This document shows positions 10,295-20,748 of a DNA stretch of 47,712 nucleotides, one piece after another. Every line of letters begins with the position of its first letter. Position 1 is the first letter of the stretch. Position numbers and translations under genes: made by a program. The DNA is taken from NCBI GenBank assembly GCA_038248345.1, contig JBBRXO010000009.1, forward strand, positions 1 to 47,712, read 5' to 3'. Origin of the DNA: Armatimonadota bacterium. GTDB lineage: Bacteria; Armatimonadota; Hebobacteria; CAIYQO01. A model generated the notes under the pieces. That model was not told the origin of the DNA, did no database searches, and was given only the letters and a program-made list of their open reading frames with translations.

Positions 10295-11038
10295 ATGGGA
10301 TCGATTTTGAAAATTTTAATAACAACCAGTACGGTACTTCGCTCCCCCGAGGCGCGCGAGCAACAAAGTGCAATAGCTCATTTGATTTACGCAGACTTGA
10401 TTCACCGGGCAGGTGCAACACCGATATTGTTGCCTAATCTACATTTTGAAGATGCGGAAGATATCCTTACCGCATTTGATGGGCTGCTACTTACCGGTGG
10501 TGCAGATATTGCTCCGGCACAGTTTGGCGAGGTTGAGCATCATGAATTAGGCTCAGTGGATCAAACCCGTGATACCGTAGAGCTAGCGTTGACACGTGCA
10601 GCATACAAACGTGATATCCCGGTATTGGGCATCTGCCGTGGCATTCAGGTAATGGCGGTGGCCGCGGGCGGGAGTTTGTGGCAGGATATCCCGACACAGT
10701 TACCGGAGAATATCGGGCATAGCCAGACTGTAGGGCGTGCCGAGGTAAGTCATCAGGTAACCGTGGCGGCTGATTCGCAACTGGGGGATATATTGTGCGC
10801 TGGCGCTACTGCTGGCGAGTTGCGTCTGGGCGTAAATAGCTTCCATCATCAGGCTACGAAAGAGTGTGGTACATTGTATCCAGTAGCCTATAGTGATGAT
10901 GGGGTAGTTGAAGGACTAGAAGCACGCGGGGCGCGTTTTATTATCGGGGTGCAATGGCATCCCGAGGAGATGGCGGGCACAGATCAGCAGCAGAATCGGC
11001 TGTTCGTTGAATTTGTGCGTGCTGCATCAGGCAAATAA
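10295..11038 (+). CDS. Gamma-glutamyl-gamma-aminobutyrate hydrolase family (peptidase C26)
   Basis: DGLLLTGGADI, LGICRGIQ, VNSFHHQA, GVQWHPE. Start uncertain (ATG 10295 or TTG 10307). Confidence 0.88.
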   Translation: MGSILKILITTSTVLRSPEAREQQSAIAHLIYADLIHRAGATPILLPNLHFEDAEDILTAFDGLLLTGGADIAPAQFGEVEHHELGSVDQTRDTVELALTRAAYKRDIPVLGICRGIQVMAVAAGGSLWQDIPTQLPENIGHSQTVGRAEVSHQVTVAADSQLGDILCAGATAGELRLGVNSFHHQATKECGTLYPVAYSDDGVVEGLEARGARFIIGVQWHPEEMAGTDQQQNRLFVEFVRAASGK

Positions 11039-11051
11039 ATCCGGAGTAGAA

Positions 11052-12539
11052 ATGAGTAAGAAATTGAAGATATTATATGCATCGGCAGAGGTAGTACCTT
11101 TCGCCAAGACCGGCGGGCTGGCAGATGTCGCGGGCGCGTTGCCTGCGGAACTAGCGGGAATGGGACACGATGTGCGTGTGGTCATGCCGCGCTTCAGTTC
11201 AATAGATGGCGATAAATTCAAGTTAAAGACCATTACCGCGCCATTCAAAATCCCCTTGGGGAATGAATTAATTGATATCACGGTAGCGGAGAGTGACGCA
11301 ATCGCAGGCGTATCTACCTACTTTATCGAAAACGACGCACTTTTTGATCGGGATAGCCTGTATGGCCAGCCGGACGATGACCGTCGCTTTATTGCCTATT
11401 GTCGTGGTATGTTGGAGATGTTTGAACAGATCGGCTGGTTCCCGGATGTTATCAGTTGCAATGACTGGCATTCCGCGCTGACGCCCGTGTACTTGAAGAC
11501 GATATATGCTAATCAGGAGAAGTTTCGCCGCATCGCTACACTGTACACCGTACATAATCTCGCCTACCAGGGAACATTTAGCGAAAATGTAATGCAACTC
11601 GCTGGGTTACCGGCAGAGCTCTTTACCTGGGACAAATTGGCGTACTATAACACCTTTAATTTCATGAAGGTCGGTTTGCTCTATGCCGATGTCATCAGCA
11701 CAGTAAGTGAAGGATACGCGGAAGAGATTGCCACCAAAGAGTACGGGGCCGGGCTGGAAGGCGTAATCGAGTATCGCAAGCATGATCTCTTTGGCATCCT
11801 GAACGGAATTGATTATGATATCTGGAACCCGCGTACTGACAAACTAATTCCAGCGAATTTCAGCGTGAATGACTTGAAGGGTAAAGCAGAATGTAAACGG
11901 GAGCTGCAGCAGGAGATGGGGCTGGCAGTGGATGCCAATACGCCAGTGTTTGGTCTGATCAGCCGCCTTAGCTCGCAGAAGGGTTTGGATATCCTCGCGG
12001 AAGTGTTGCCAGAATTGCTGAAAATGCAGGATATGCAAGTAGTGATACTTGGCACTGGCGATGAATATTTCCACACTATGCTGAAGAAACTGGCGGCACT
12101 TCACCCGGATAAGCTGGCGTTGGCGCTCCGTTTCGATAACGCGCTCGCGCATCGTATCTACGCCGCCTCCGATGCCTTTCTCATGCCCTCGCAATACGAG
12201 CCGTGTGGCCTCGGACAGATGTTCAGCCTGGCTTATGGCACTGTACCGGTGGTACGTGCCACCGGTGGCCTCGCGGACACCGTGCATAACTTCGATTTAC
12301 ATGACCCGGCCAGCAAAGGCAACGGCTTTGTTTTTGAGCAATATAGCAGTTTCGAATTACGCAAGACCATCCTTGCTTGCCTTAACTGCTATCATGAAGC
12401 ACCTGGCAGTTGGGCGCAGCTAGTCAAAAACGCCTTCGCTGGCGACTTCTCCTGGCACAATTCTGCAGCACGATATCTGGAAGTCTACCAGCATGCGTTG
12501 CTAAAGGTACGGGGTAGGGCAGGGTCATTCGACGAATAA
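11052..12539 (+). CDS. glgA: Glycogen synthase
   Basis: PFAKTGGLADV, HNLAYQG, GILNGID, MPSQYEPCGLGQ. ATG 11052 after GGAG. Confidence 0.96.
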   Translation: MSKKLKILYASAEVVPFAKTGGLADVAGALPAELAGMGHDVRVVMPRFSSIDGDKFKLKTITAPFKIPLGNELIDITVAESDAIAGVSTYFIENDALFDRDSLYGQPDDDRRFIAYCRGMLEMFEQIGWFPDVISCNDWHSALTPVYLKTIYANQEKFRRIATLYTVHNLAYQGTFSENVMQLAGLPAELFTWDKLAYYNTFNFMKVGLLYADVISTVSEGYAEEIATKEYGAGLEGVIEYRKHDLFGILNGIDYDIWNPRTDKLIPANFSVNDLKGKAECKRELQQEMGLAVDANTPVFGLISRLSSQKGLDILAEVLPELLKMQDMQVVILGTGDEYFHTMLKKLAALHPDKLALALRFDNALAHRIYAASDAFLMPSQYEPCGLGQMFSLAYGTVPVVRATGGLADTVHNFDLHDPASKGNGFVFEQYSSFELRKTILACLNCYHEAPGSWAQLVKNAFAGDFSWHNSAARYLEVYQHALLKVRGRAGSFDE

Positions 12540-12586
12540 CAAAGCCACAGACTATCTCTGTGAAGACTCGGACATATAGTTAGCTT

Positions 12587-12619
12587 ATTGCCCAGTCGTT
12601 TACGGCTGGGTAATTTGTT
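12587..12619 (+). terminator. Putative intrinsic terminator after glgA
   Basis: Hairpin ATTGCCCAGTCG-TTTA-CGGCTGGGTAAT followed by TTGTT. Confidence 0.55.
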
Positions 12620-12662
12620 ATCAGAGTCTGATGAAGCGGGAATGACAATCGTCATACCGCAC

Positions 12663-12692
12663 TTGACATATCCGCTACCTATCTGGTAGTAT
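12663..12692 (+). promoter_or_regulatory. Putative sigma70 promoter of the pyr operon
   Basis: TTGACA (12663), 18 nt, then TG-extended TAGTAT (12687). Confidence 0.6.
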
Positions 12693-12708
12693 CTTCCCTA
12701 ACGCATCA

Positions 12709-14459
<1,751 letters not shown>

Positions 14460-14463
<4 letters not shown>

Positions 14464-15671
14464 CAATATTGATTAAAAACGTCTCCAGCAATGGCGAAAT
14501 TAAGGATATTTCCTTCGGAGGGCCTGCGCTCTCCGATGAGAGCAAGTATGACCAGGTGATCGACGGCACCGGCCTGCTGGCCGTGCCCGCCTTCGTCGAC
14601 GTCCACGTACACTTCCGTGATCCCGGCCAGACGGAGAAGGAAGACCTGCTCACCGGCGCACGCGCGGCGGTGGACGGTGGCTACGGGCGGGTGATCTGCG
14701 AGGCCAATACCTCCCCGGTGATCGACAACTTGGAAAAGGTGCAGGCATTCTACGCACGTGTGAAGGAGCTGCAACTGCCTATAACCGTAGATACCAAGTG
14801 CGCCCTGACAATCGGGCAGCAGGGAGAGCAACTGGTAGATATTGCCGGACTGAAAGAGAGCTATCCGAGCATTATCTTCAGCAGCGACGGCGAGCCGGTG
14901 ACGGATCGCGAGTTGTTGATTAAGGCCTTCCGTGCAGCAGGAAATAACGAGATACACCTTCATTGTGAGGAGACACCCCGTTCGCATGAGCGCGTAGTCG
15001 CCGTCCTGGGCGAGGGGGCATACCTTTCTCGCGAGGTGGAGTTGATCAAACTGGCGCTATCAGCATTAACGGAAGCAGGGGTCGGCAGTCTGCATATCCA
15101 GCATGTAAGCCTCGCCGAGAGCGTTGCGATTATCGCAGAAGCAAAAGAGCGCGGGCTGAATGTTACCGCCGAGGTGACACCGCATCATATGTTACTTTGT
15201 GATGAGGATATCCCCGTAGGGGATACCAACTGGAAGATGAACCCGCCACTACGCAGTCGGAAAGATATGATGGCAGTTCGCAAGGCACTAGCTGATGACA
15301 TAATCGATGTAATTGCCACCGACCACGCCCCGCACACAATTGCAGACAAATCAAAATCGTGGGACGAAGCGCCATTTGGTGTTATCGGATTGGAGACGGC
15401 ATTCGGGGCTTGCATGAAGCTGGTACGTTCGGGCGAATTGTCTTTCGGAAGATTGATAGTGGCGATGACGGATGGTGAGCAATCGCTTGAATATGGGGTC
15501 ACATTAATAGATCCCAATGAAAAATGGACGGTAGATTCAGCTAAATTCGAGTCAAAATCCAGTAATTGTCCCTTCGCTGGGATGGCGTTAATCGGTAAAG
15601 TGAAGAGGATAGTTCCTAGTTCCTGGTTCCTAGTTTCTGGTTCAATGTTCAATGTTCAATGTTCAATGTAA
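14460..15671 (+). CDS. pyrC: Dihydroorotase
   Basis: DVHVHFRDPG, EVTPHH, KMNPPLRS, IATDHAPH. ATG overlaps the pyrB stop (ATGA) after GGAGG. The last ~17 codons are encoded by heptamer repeats. Confidence 0.93.
15611..15668 (+). repeat. Left arm of cassette 1: 7-nt tandem repeats, (AGTTCCT)-type then (GTTCAAT)x4
   Basis: agttcct agttcct ggttcct agtttct g gttcaat gttcaat gttcaat gttcaat g, read directly. Confidence 0.95.
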
Positions 15672-15702
15672 TACGCAGATTTTGCGAATTATGGAGTTTA
15701 GA

Positions 15703-16089
15703 ATGGCTGATAAATTTGAAGAGCTTGTTGCTTGGCAGAAAGCACGTGAACTATGCAACGCGGTTTATTGCCTGACGTTAGAAGGTGCTTTTAATAGAGA
15801 TTTTGCATTGCGAGATCAGATTAGAAGAGCGGCTATCTCCATTATGTCTAACATTGCTGAGGGTTTTGAACGAGGTGGTAACAGGGAATTATGTCAATTT
15901 TTGTATATAGCCAAGGGATCTGCAGGAGAAGTCAGAGCGCAATTGTACATTGCACACGATGTCGGTTATATCACCGATGAACAATTTGAGAGACTGAATG
16001 ATATGACGATTAAGAACAGCCAGCTAATTGCAGGATTCATACGCTACATTGAAAAGAGCGACATGAAAGGTTCAAAATACAAGGAATAG
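15703..16089 (+). CDS. Four helix bundle protein (23S rRNA IVP / bAvd-like family)
   Basis: MADKFEELVAWQKAREL...DQIRRAAISIMSNIAEGFER...AKGSAGEVRAQL. ATG 15703 after GGAG. Confidence 0.92.
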   Translation: MADKFEELVAWQKARELCNAVYCLTLEGAFNRDFALRDQIRRAAISIMSNIAEGFERGGNRELCQFLYIAKGSAGEVRAQLYIAHDVGYITDEQFERLNDMTIKNSQLIAGFIRYIEKSDMKGSKYKE

Positions 16090-16135
16090 TAATGTGAAAA
16101 CAGTGGGTGAATGACTTCGCAAAAGCATTGCTACT

Positions 16136-16178
16136 CGTTGAACATTGAACGTTGAACATTGAATCATAGATAGGAACT
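16136..16178 (+). repeat. Right arm of cassette 1: inverted (TTGAACR) repeats plus TAGGAACT
   Basis: cgttgaacattgaacgttgaacattgaatcatagataggaact is the near reverse complement of 15625-15668. Confidence 0.95.
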
Positions 16179-16183
16179 TTATT

Positions 16184-17305
16184 ATGGCTAAATTAGTTTT
16201 GAGTGATGGTACCGAGTTTTCCGGCGTCTCCATTGGCGCTCCGGTTACGCATATTGGCGAGGTAGTTTTCAATACTTCGATGACCGGGTATCAGGAGATG
16301 CTCACTGACCCCAGTTATCGCGGGCAGATATTGACGCTCACCTATCCGCTCATCGGCAATTATGGCATTACCGATGAGGACTGGGAGTCGAGCGAGGTGC
16401 AGGTGCGCGGGCTGGTGGTGAAGCAGCTTTGTGCCCGGCACAGCAACTGGCGCGCCACGGCGGCGCTGGATGACTTCCTGCGTGAGAAGGGGATACCGGG
16501 CATCGCTGGGGTGGACACACGTATGTTGACGCGTGCGATTCGCTCGCACGGCGTGATGATGGGCGTGATCACCGGCGAGGACAAGACGGCGGCGGAATTG
16601 CAGCAACTGCTCACCGATGCGCCGGATTACGGCCTCACCGACTACGTGAAGGAAGTATCCGCCGGGCGCATTTACCCGTGGCAGGAGCAGGTACAGGAAC
16701 CTTACGATGAGCTGGCACGCTTCGTCGCACCGGAGCAGCTGAATATCACCGTGGTTGATTATGGGGTAAAGCGCAACATTCTGCGCCTTCTCGCAACCCG
16801 TGGCTGTACCGTGCGCGTGGTTCCTTGCGATGCACCGGCTTCTGTTATCCTGGAGGGCAACCCCGATGGCATCGTCTTCTCGCCTGGCCCCGGTGACCCG
16901 GCGATGTTGGGCTACGCTATCAAAGTGATGCAGCAGGTGGTCGCCACAGGGATTCCCATATTGGGCATCTGCCTAGGCCACCAGCTGATGGCACCTGCCT
17001 TCGGTGGTAAGACCTTCAAGCTGAAATTCGGCCACCGCGGCAGCAATCACCCGGTGAAGGATCTGGTACGTAACGGTGCCATCCACATCACCGCGCAGAA
17101 TCACGGCTACGCGGTAGACGCCGACAGCATCGCCGGCAGCGGCCTGAAGGTCAGCCATATCAACCTGAACGACGGCACGGTAGAAGGAATGGTACATGAG
17201 ACCCTGCCGATTATGACCATGCAGTTTCACCCGGAAGCCAGCGGCGGGCCACGGGATACGGAGTATATGTTTGATGAATTTGTCAGGATAGTCGCTAGTC
17301 GCTAG
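16184..17305 (+). CDS. carA: Carbamoyl-phosphate synthase small subunit
   Basis: GEVVFNTSMTGYQE, SPGPGDP, GICLGHQ, QNHGYAVD, QFHPEA. Confidence 0.97.
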   Translation: MAKLVLSDGTEFSGVSIGAPVTHIGEVVFNTSMTGYQEMLTDPSYRGQILTLTYPLIGNYGITDEDWESSEVQVRGLVVKQLCARHSNWRATAALDDFLREKGIPGIAGVDTRMLTRAIRSHGVMMGVITGEDKTAAELQQLLTDAPDYGLTDYVKEVSAGRIYPWQEQVQEPYDELARFVAPEQLNITVVDYGVKRNILRLLATRGCTVRVVPCDAPASVILEGNPDGIVFSPGPGDPAMLGYAIKVMQQVVATGIPILGICLGHQLMAPAFGGKTFKLKFGHRGSNHPVKDLVRNGAIHITAQNHGYAVDADSIAGSGLKVSHINLNDGTVEGMVHETLPIMTMQFHPEASGGPRDTEYMFDEFVRIVASR

Positions 17306-17320
17306 TCTCTAGTCCTGATT
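17290..17320 (+). repeat. Left arm of cassette 2: (AGTCGCT)-type 7-nt tandem repeats containing the carA stop
   Basis: agtcgct agtcgct agtctct agtcctgatt. Confidence 0.95.
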
Positions 17321-17352
17321 GAATGGTTACAATTCGGAGATAGAAGGAAACG

Positions 17353-17730
17353 ATGGCAACTATTTCTCGGTTTGAGGATATTGAAGCTTGGAAGTAAGCG
17401 CGGGAGCTGACGCGCGAGGTGTATCAATTAACAGCTTGTGGTGAATTTGCGCGTGATTACGGTTTACGCGAACAGGTGCGTCGTGCAGCGGTATCGGTGA
17501 TGTCGAATATTGCTGAAGGTTTTGAACGTGGGAGTGATAGGCAATTACGTCATTTTCTCCTTATCGCCAAGGGTTCGGTCGGAGAGGTGAAGTGCCAACT
17601 CTATATCGCGCATGACGTTGGATATATATCAGAAGAGCAGTTCAGCATATTGATGAACAAAACAACTGAGATCGGGAGAATGCTCGCTGGTTTCATGCGC
17701 TATTTAGAACAAAACGATAAAAAAGGATAG
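17353..17730 (+). pseudogene. Four helix bundle protein gene with premature stop
   Basis: ATG 17353 (after AGAAGGA) reads MATISRFEDIEAWK*ARELTREVY, with in-frame TAA at 17395-17397. The remainder (RRAAVSVMSNIAEGFERG) is clearly homologous to 15703..16089. Confidence 0.85.
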
Positions 17731-17749
17731 TCTCAAGTCAGTCTGTCAA

Positions 17750-17780
17750 AATCATGACTAGCGACTAGCGACTAGTGACT
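17750..17780 (+). repeat. Right arm of cassette 2: (GACTAGC)-type repeats, inverted relative to 17290-17320
   Basis: aatcatgactagcgactagcgactagtgact; 28 of 31 positions are Watson-Crick complementary to the left arm, plus one G-U. Confidence 0.95.
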
Positions 17781-17798
17781 TATTAGGAGATACTATAT

Positions 17799-19484
17799 AT
17801 GCCTCTAAGAACAGACTTACATAAGGTAATGGTCATCGGCTCCGGCCCCATTGTTATCGGGCAGGCTGCCGAGTTCGACTATGCGGGGACGCAGGCTTGC
17901 CGGGCGTTGCGCGAGGAGGGGTTGTCGGTGGTGCTGGTGAACAGCAACCCGGCGACTATCATGACCGACGCGAATATGGCGGACAAGGTCTATATTGAAC
18001 CGCTGACGGTGGAATTCCTCACGAAGATCATCGAGAAGGAGCGTCCGGACGGGCTACTGCCCACACTCGGTGGGCAGACGGGGCTGAACCTGGCGACGAA
18101 GCTGGCGAAGAAGGGTGTGCTGGATGATTACGGTGTGGAGCTACTTGGTACCCCGCTGTCATCTATCGAGAAAGCGGAGGATCGCGAGCTGTTTAAGAAC
18201 CTGATGAAGGAGCTGAACGAGCCGGTGCCCGAGTCCGCCATCGCCGAGAGTATGCAGCACGTGAAGGATTTCGTCGCTCATCTCATAGAAGTGGAGAAAG
18301 AGACGGGTCTGCCGGTATTCCCCATCATCGTGCGCCCGGCGTACACCCTGGGCGGCACCGGCGGTGGCATCGCCTATACCATGGAAGAACTTCACGATAT
18401 CAGTGTGCGCGGTTTCCGCATGTCCATGACGCAGCAGTTACTGCTGGAGCGCTGCCTGCTGGGCTGGAAAGAAGTCGAGTATGAAGTGATGCGCGATGGC
18501 GATGACAACTGTATTACCATCTGTAATATGGAGAACTTCGATCCGATGGGCATCCATACCGGCGACTCCATCGTTATCGCCCCCAGCCAGACGCTCTCCG
18601 ACAAAGAGTACCAGATGTTGCGCTCCGCCTCGGTAAAGATCATCCGCGCACTGGGTATCTGGGGTGGATGTAATGTGCAGTTGTCGCTCGATCCGAAGAC
18701 CTTCCGCTATTACGTCATCGAGGTAAATCCCCGCGTGAGCCGTTCTTCGGCGCTGGCATCGAAAGCTACCGGCTACCCGATTGCCCGCGTGGCGGCGAAG
18801 ATCGCCGTCGGCCTGCGATTGGATGAAATACAGAATGCGGTGACCAAGCGCACACTCGCCTGCTTCGAGCCGGCGCTGGACTATGTGGTGCTGAAGATCC
18901 CGCGCTGGCCCTTCGATAAGTTCAACTTTGCTGACCGGCGCATCACCACGCAGATGAAAGCCACGGGTGAGGTGATGGCTATCGACCGCACCTTTGAAGG
19001 CGCGCTGATGAAGGCAGTCCGTTCACTGGAGATCGGCCAATATGGCCTGACGCTGAAGGGCATCTGCGACTGGACCGACATGCAGCTGGAGGAAGTGATA
19101 AAACATGCCACCGACCAGCGCCTCTTCGCCATCTGCGAGGGCTTCCGGCGCGGTATGGACGTGGAGGAGATACACCAGCTCTCCAATGTGGACGTATGGT
19201 TCCTGGAGAAGGTGAAGGGCCTCGTTGATCTGGAGACCGAGTTCCGCGCCCACAAAGGCCTGCCCGACGAGACGCTGTTGCGCCGTGCAAAAGTGGCCAG
19301 CTTCAACGATCACAACCTGGCCGATATGTGGGGTGTGAAGGAGACAGAGATCCGCGCCCTGCGCAAAGAATGGGGCATCCAGCCAGTCTTTAAATTCGTC
19401 GACACCTGCGCCGCAGAGTTTGAATCAGAGACGCCGTATTACTACTCGACATATGAGACGGAGAATGAGCTAATGATGGCGTAA
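17799..19484 (+). CDS. carB: Carbamoyl-phosphate synthase large subunit, N-terminal half
   Basis: [42 protein letters not shown]; ends at [24 protein letters not shown]. Confidence 0.95.
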   Translation: MPLRTDLHKVMVIGSGPIVIGQAAEFDYAGTQACRALREEGLSVVLVNSNPATIMTDANMADKVYIEPLTVEFLTKIIEKERPDGLLPTLGGQTGLNLATKLAKKGVLDDYGVELLGTPLSSIEKAEDRELFKNLMKELNEPVPESAIAESMQHVKDFVAHLIEVEKETGLPVFPIIVRPAYTLGGTGGGIAYTMEELHDISVRGFRMSMTQQLLLERCLLGWKEVEYEVMRDGDDNCITICNMENFDPMGIHTGDSIVIAPSQTLSDKEYQMLRSASVKIIRALGIWGGCNVQLSLDPKTFRYYVIEVNPRVSRSSALASKATGYPIARVAAKIAVGLRLDEIQNAVTKRTLACFEPALDYVVLKIPRWPFDKFNFADRRITTQMKATGEVMAIDRTFEGALMKAVRSLEIGQYGLTLKGICDWTDMQLEEVIKHATDQRLFAICEGFRRGMDVEEIHQLSNVDVWFLEKVKGLVDLETEFRAHKGLPDETLLRRAKVASFNDHNLADMWGVKETEIRALRKEWGIQPVFKFVDTCAAEFESETPYYYSTYETENELMMA

Positions 19485-19534
19485 TCTTTCTATCGGGCGT
19501 TGTCTGCGAGAAAGGGAATAATGTGATATGTATA

Positions 19535-19673
19535 CCCCGGACGTTGCCCGAGGTTATGATATTTATCCGTTTGAGAGGTAGTGAAGCTATTAGCCCGGTT
19601 ATTTTTTGTACGGGCTAATAGGGATAGAGGCAATATGCTAGAATAATAACATAGCCTCGGGCAACGCCCGGGG
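19535..19673. repeat. REPIN-like palindromic element, copy 1
   Basis: Outer inverted repeat CCCCGGACGTTGCCCGAGGTTATG / CATAGCCTCGGGCAACGCCCGGGG; inner hairpin TATTAGCCCG...CGGGCTAATA. Confidence 0.85.
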
Positions 19674-19751
19674 ATATGGTTTATAGTGATATGTCTATCC
19701 CAGGCGGTGCCCGGTGATAGGAGTTAACGCTACAATATAAGGGGTATAGAG

Positions 19752-20198
19752 ATGCATTCATTTACTCGTATTCTGATACATGCTATTTTTAGTACTAAAT
19801 ACCGAAATCCTTTGATATTGGATGATTTTAGGGAAGAGATGCATCGGTATATGGGTGGAATATTGCGTAATCTGGGTTGTACTCCAATATTGATTAATTC
19901 TGTACCTGATCATGTCCATTTGTTGTTCATACTTTCAAATATGCAGACGATCGCTTTTGTTATGGAAGAGACGAAGAGAGCATCGTCTAAATGGATAACA
20001 ACCCGATTCTCAAAACCGGATTTTCGCTGGCAGAGCGGATATTGTGCATTATCTGTAGACAGCACTGGACTGGATAAAGTGCAGGGGTACATCGCAAGGC
20101 AGCGTGAACATCATGAAGAAATTTCATTCGCAGATGAGCTTGAAGAAATTTTCCGACGTAATAAGATTGAATTCAACAAGCATGATACGTTAGATTAG
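19752..20198 (+). mobile_element. IS200/IS605-superfamily Y1 (HUH) transposase, probably REP-associated (RAYT-like)
   Basis: HAIFSTKYR, DHVHLL (HUH), WQSGY, YIARQREHH (catalytic Tyr). AT-richer than carB and flanked by palindromic repeats. Confidence 0.88.
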
Positions 20199-20204
20199 TC
20201 GGCT

Positions 20205-20349
20205 GTTCCCCCGGGTATTGCCCAGACTATGATATATACCTGTTTGAATGGTATTGAATTCTATTAGCCCGTAATTCTGTTTACGACCTAATATGGGCAG
20301 AGGCAATATTAGTGCATAATATCCTAGCCTCGGGCAACGCCCGGGGAAC
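20205..20349. repeat. REPIN-like palindromic element, copy 2 (diverged direct repeat of copy 1)
   Basis: GTTCCCCCGGGTATTGCCC...CTATTAGCCCG...AGAGGCAATAT...TAGCCTCGGGCAACGCCCGGGGAAC aligns along the length of copy 1. Confidence 0.85.
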
Positions 20350-20413
20350 GGGTTTCGATTCCGGGCAGCGCCGGTGGTAATGATTTTAGAGGCGAAAAGA
20401 GGGAGAATAAAAA

Positions 20414-20716
20414 ATGTTCATCCACAGTGTATACTTTTGGCTAAAAGAAAACCTGTCTGAGGCAGAGCGCGCGGACTTTGTGCGCGGGGCGCAGTCGTTA
20501 CTCGGCGTGGACACTATTGTGCGCGGGCATATCGGGGTACCGGCAGCGACGCGGCGGGCAGTGATCGACAGCAGTTATGACTTCGCGCTGGTCTTCGAGT
20601 TTGCTGACCAGGCGGGGCAGGATACCTATCAGGAGCATCCGATTCATTTACAGTTTGTGGCGGATTGCGCGGTTTATTGGACGCGGGTGCAGGTTTATGA
20701 TTCGGTAGCACTGTAG
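20414..20716 (+). CDS. Dabb family (stress-responsive A/B barrel) protein
   Basis: MFIHSVYFWLK...YDFAL...YQEHPIH pattern; strong SD GGGAG. Confidence 0.85.
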   Translation: MFIHSVYFWLKENLSEAERADFVRGAQSLLGVDTIVRGHIGVPAATRRAVIDSSYDFALVFEFADQAGQDTYQEHPIHLQFVADCAVYWTRVQVYDSVAL

Positions 20717-20748
20717 TTTTTGCATATGAAGTAAGTAGAGGAAGAACC

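Noticed and set aside
15652..15702. N-terminal extension MFNVQCNTQ... of the four-helix ORF in the track
   Set aside because: That ATG lies within the repeat arm; the family-typical start with an SD is at 15703.
17395..17397. Recoded stop (Sec/Pyl) in the second four-helix gene
   Set aside because: The codon is TAA, at a position that is Lys in the paralog; a simple nonsense change is more parsimonious.
15611..17780. Diversity-generating retroelement suggested by the bAvd-like genes
   Set aside because: No reverse transcriptase and no TR/VR pair differing at adenines was seen in the window.
20340..20378. tRNA-like T-arm (GGGTTTCGATTCC)
   Set aside because: No acceptor, D or anticodon arms could be built; the upstream sequence belongs to the REP palindrome.
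19485..20748. Intron, intein or frameshift rejoining the carB halves
   Set aside because: Both halves have clean stop/start signals and their own SD, and I recognised no group I/II intron or intein features.
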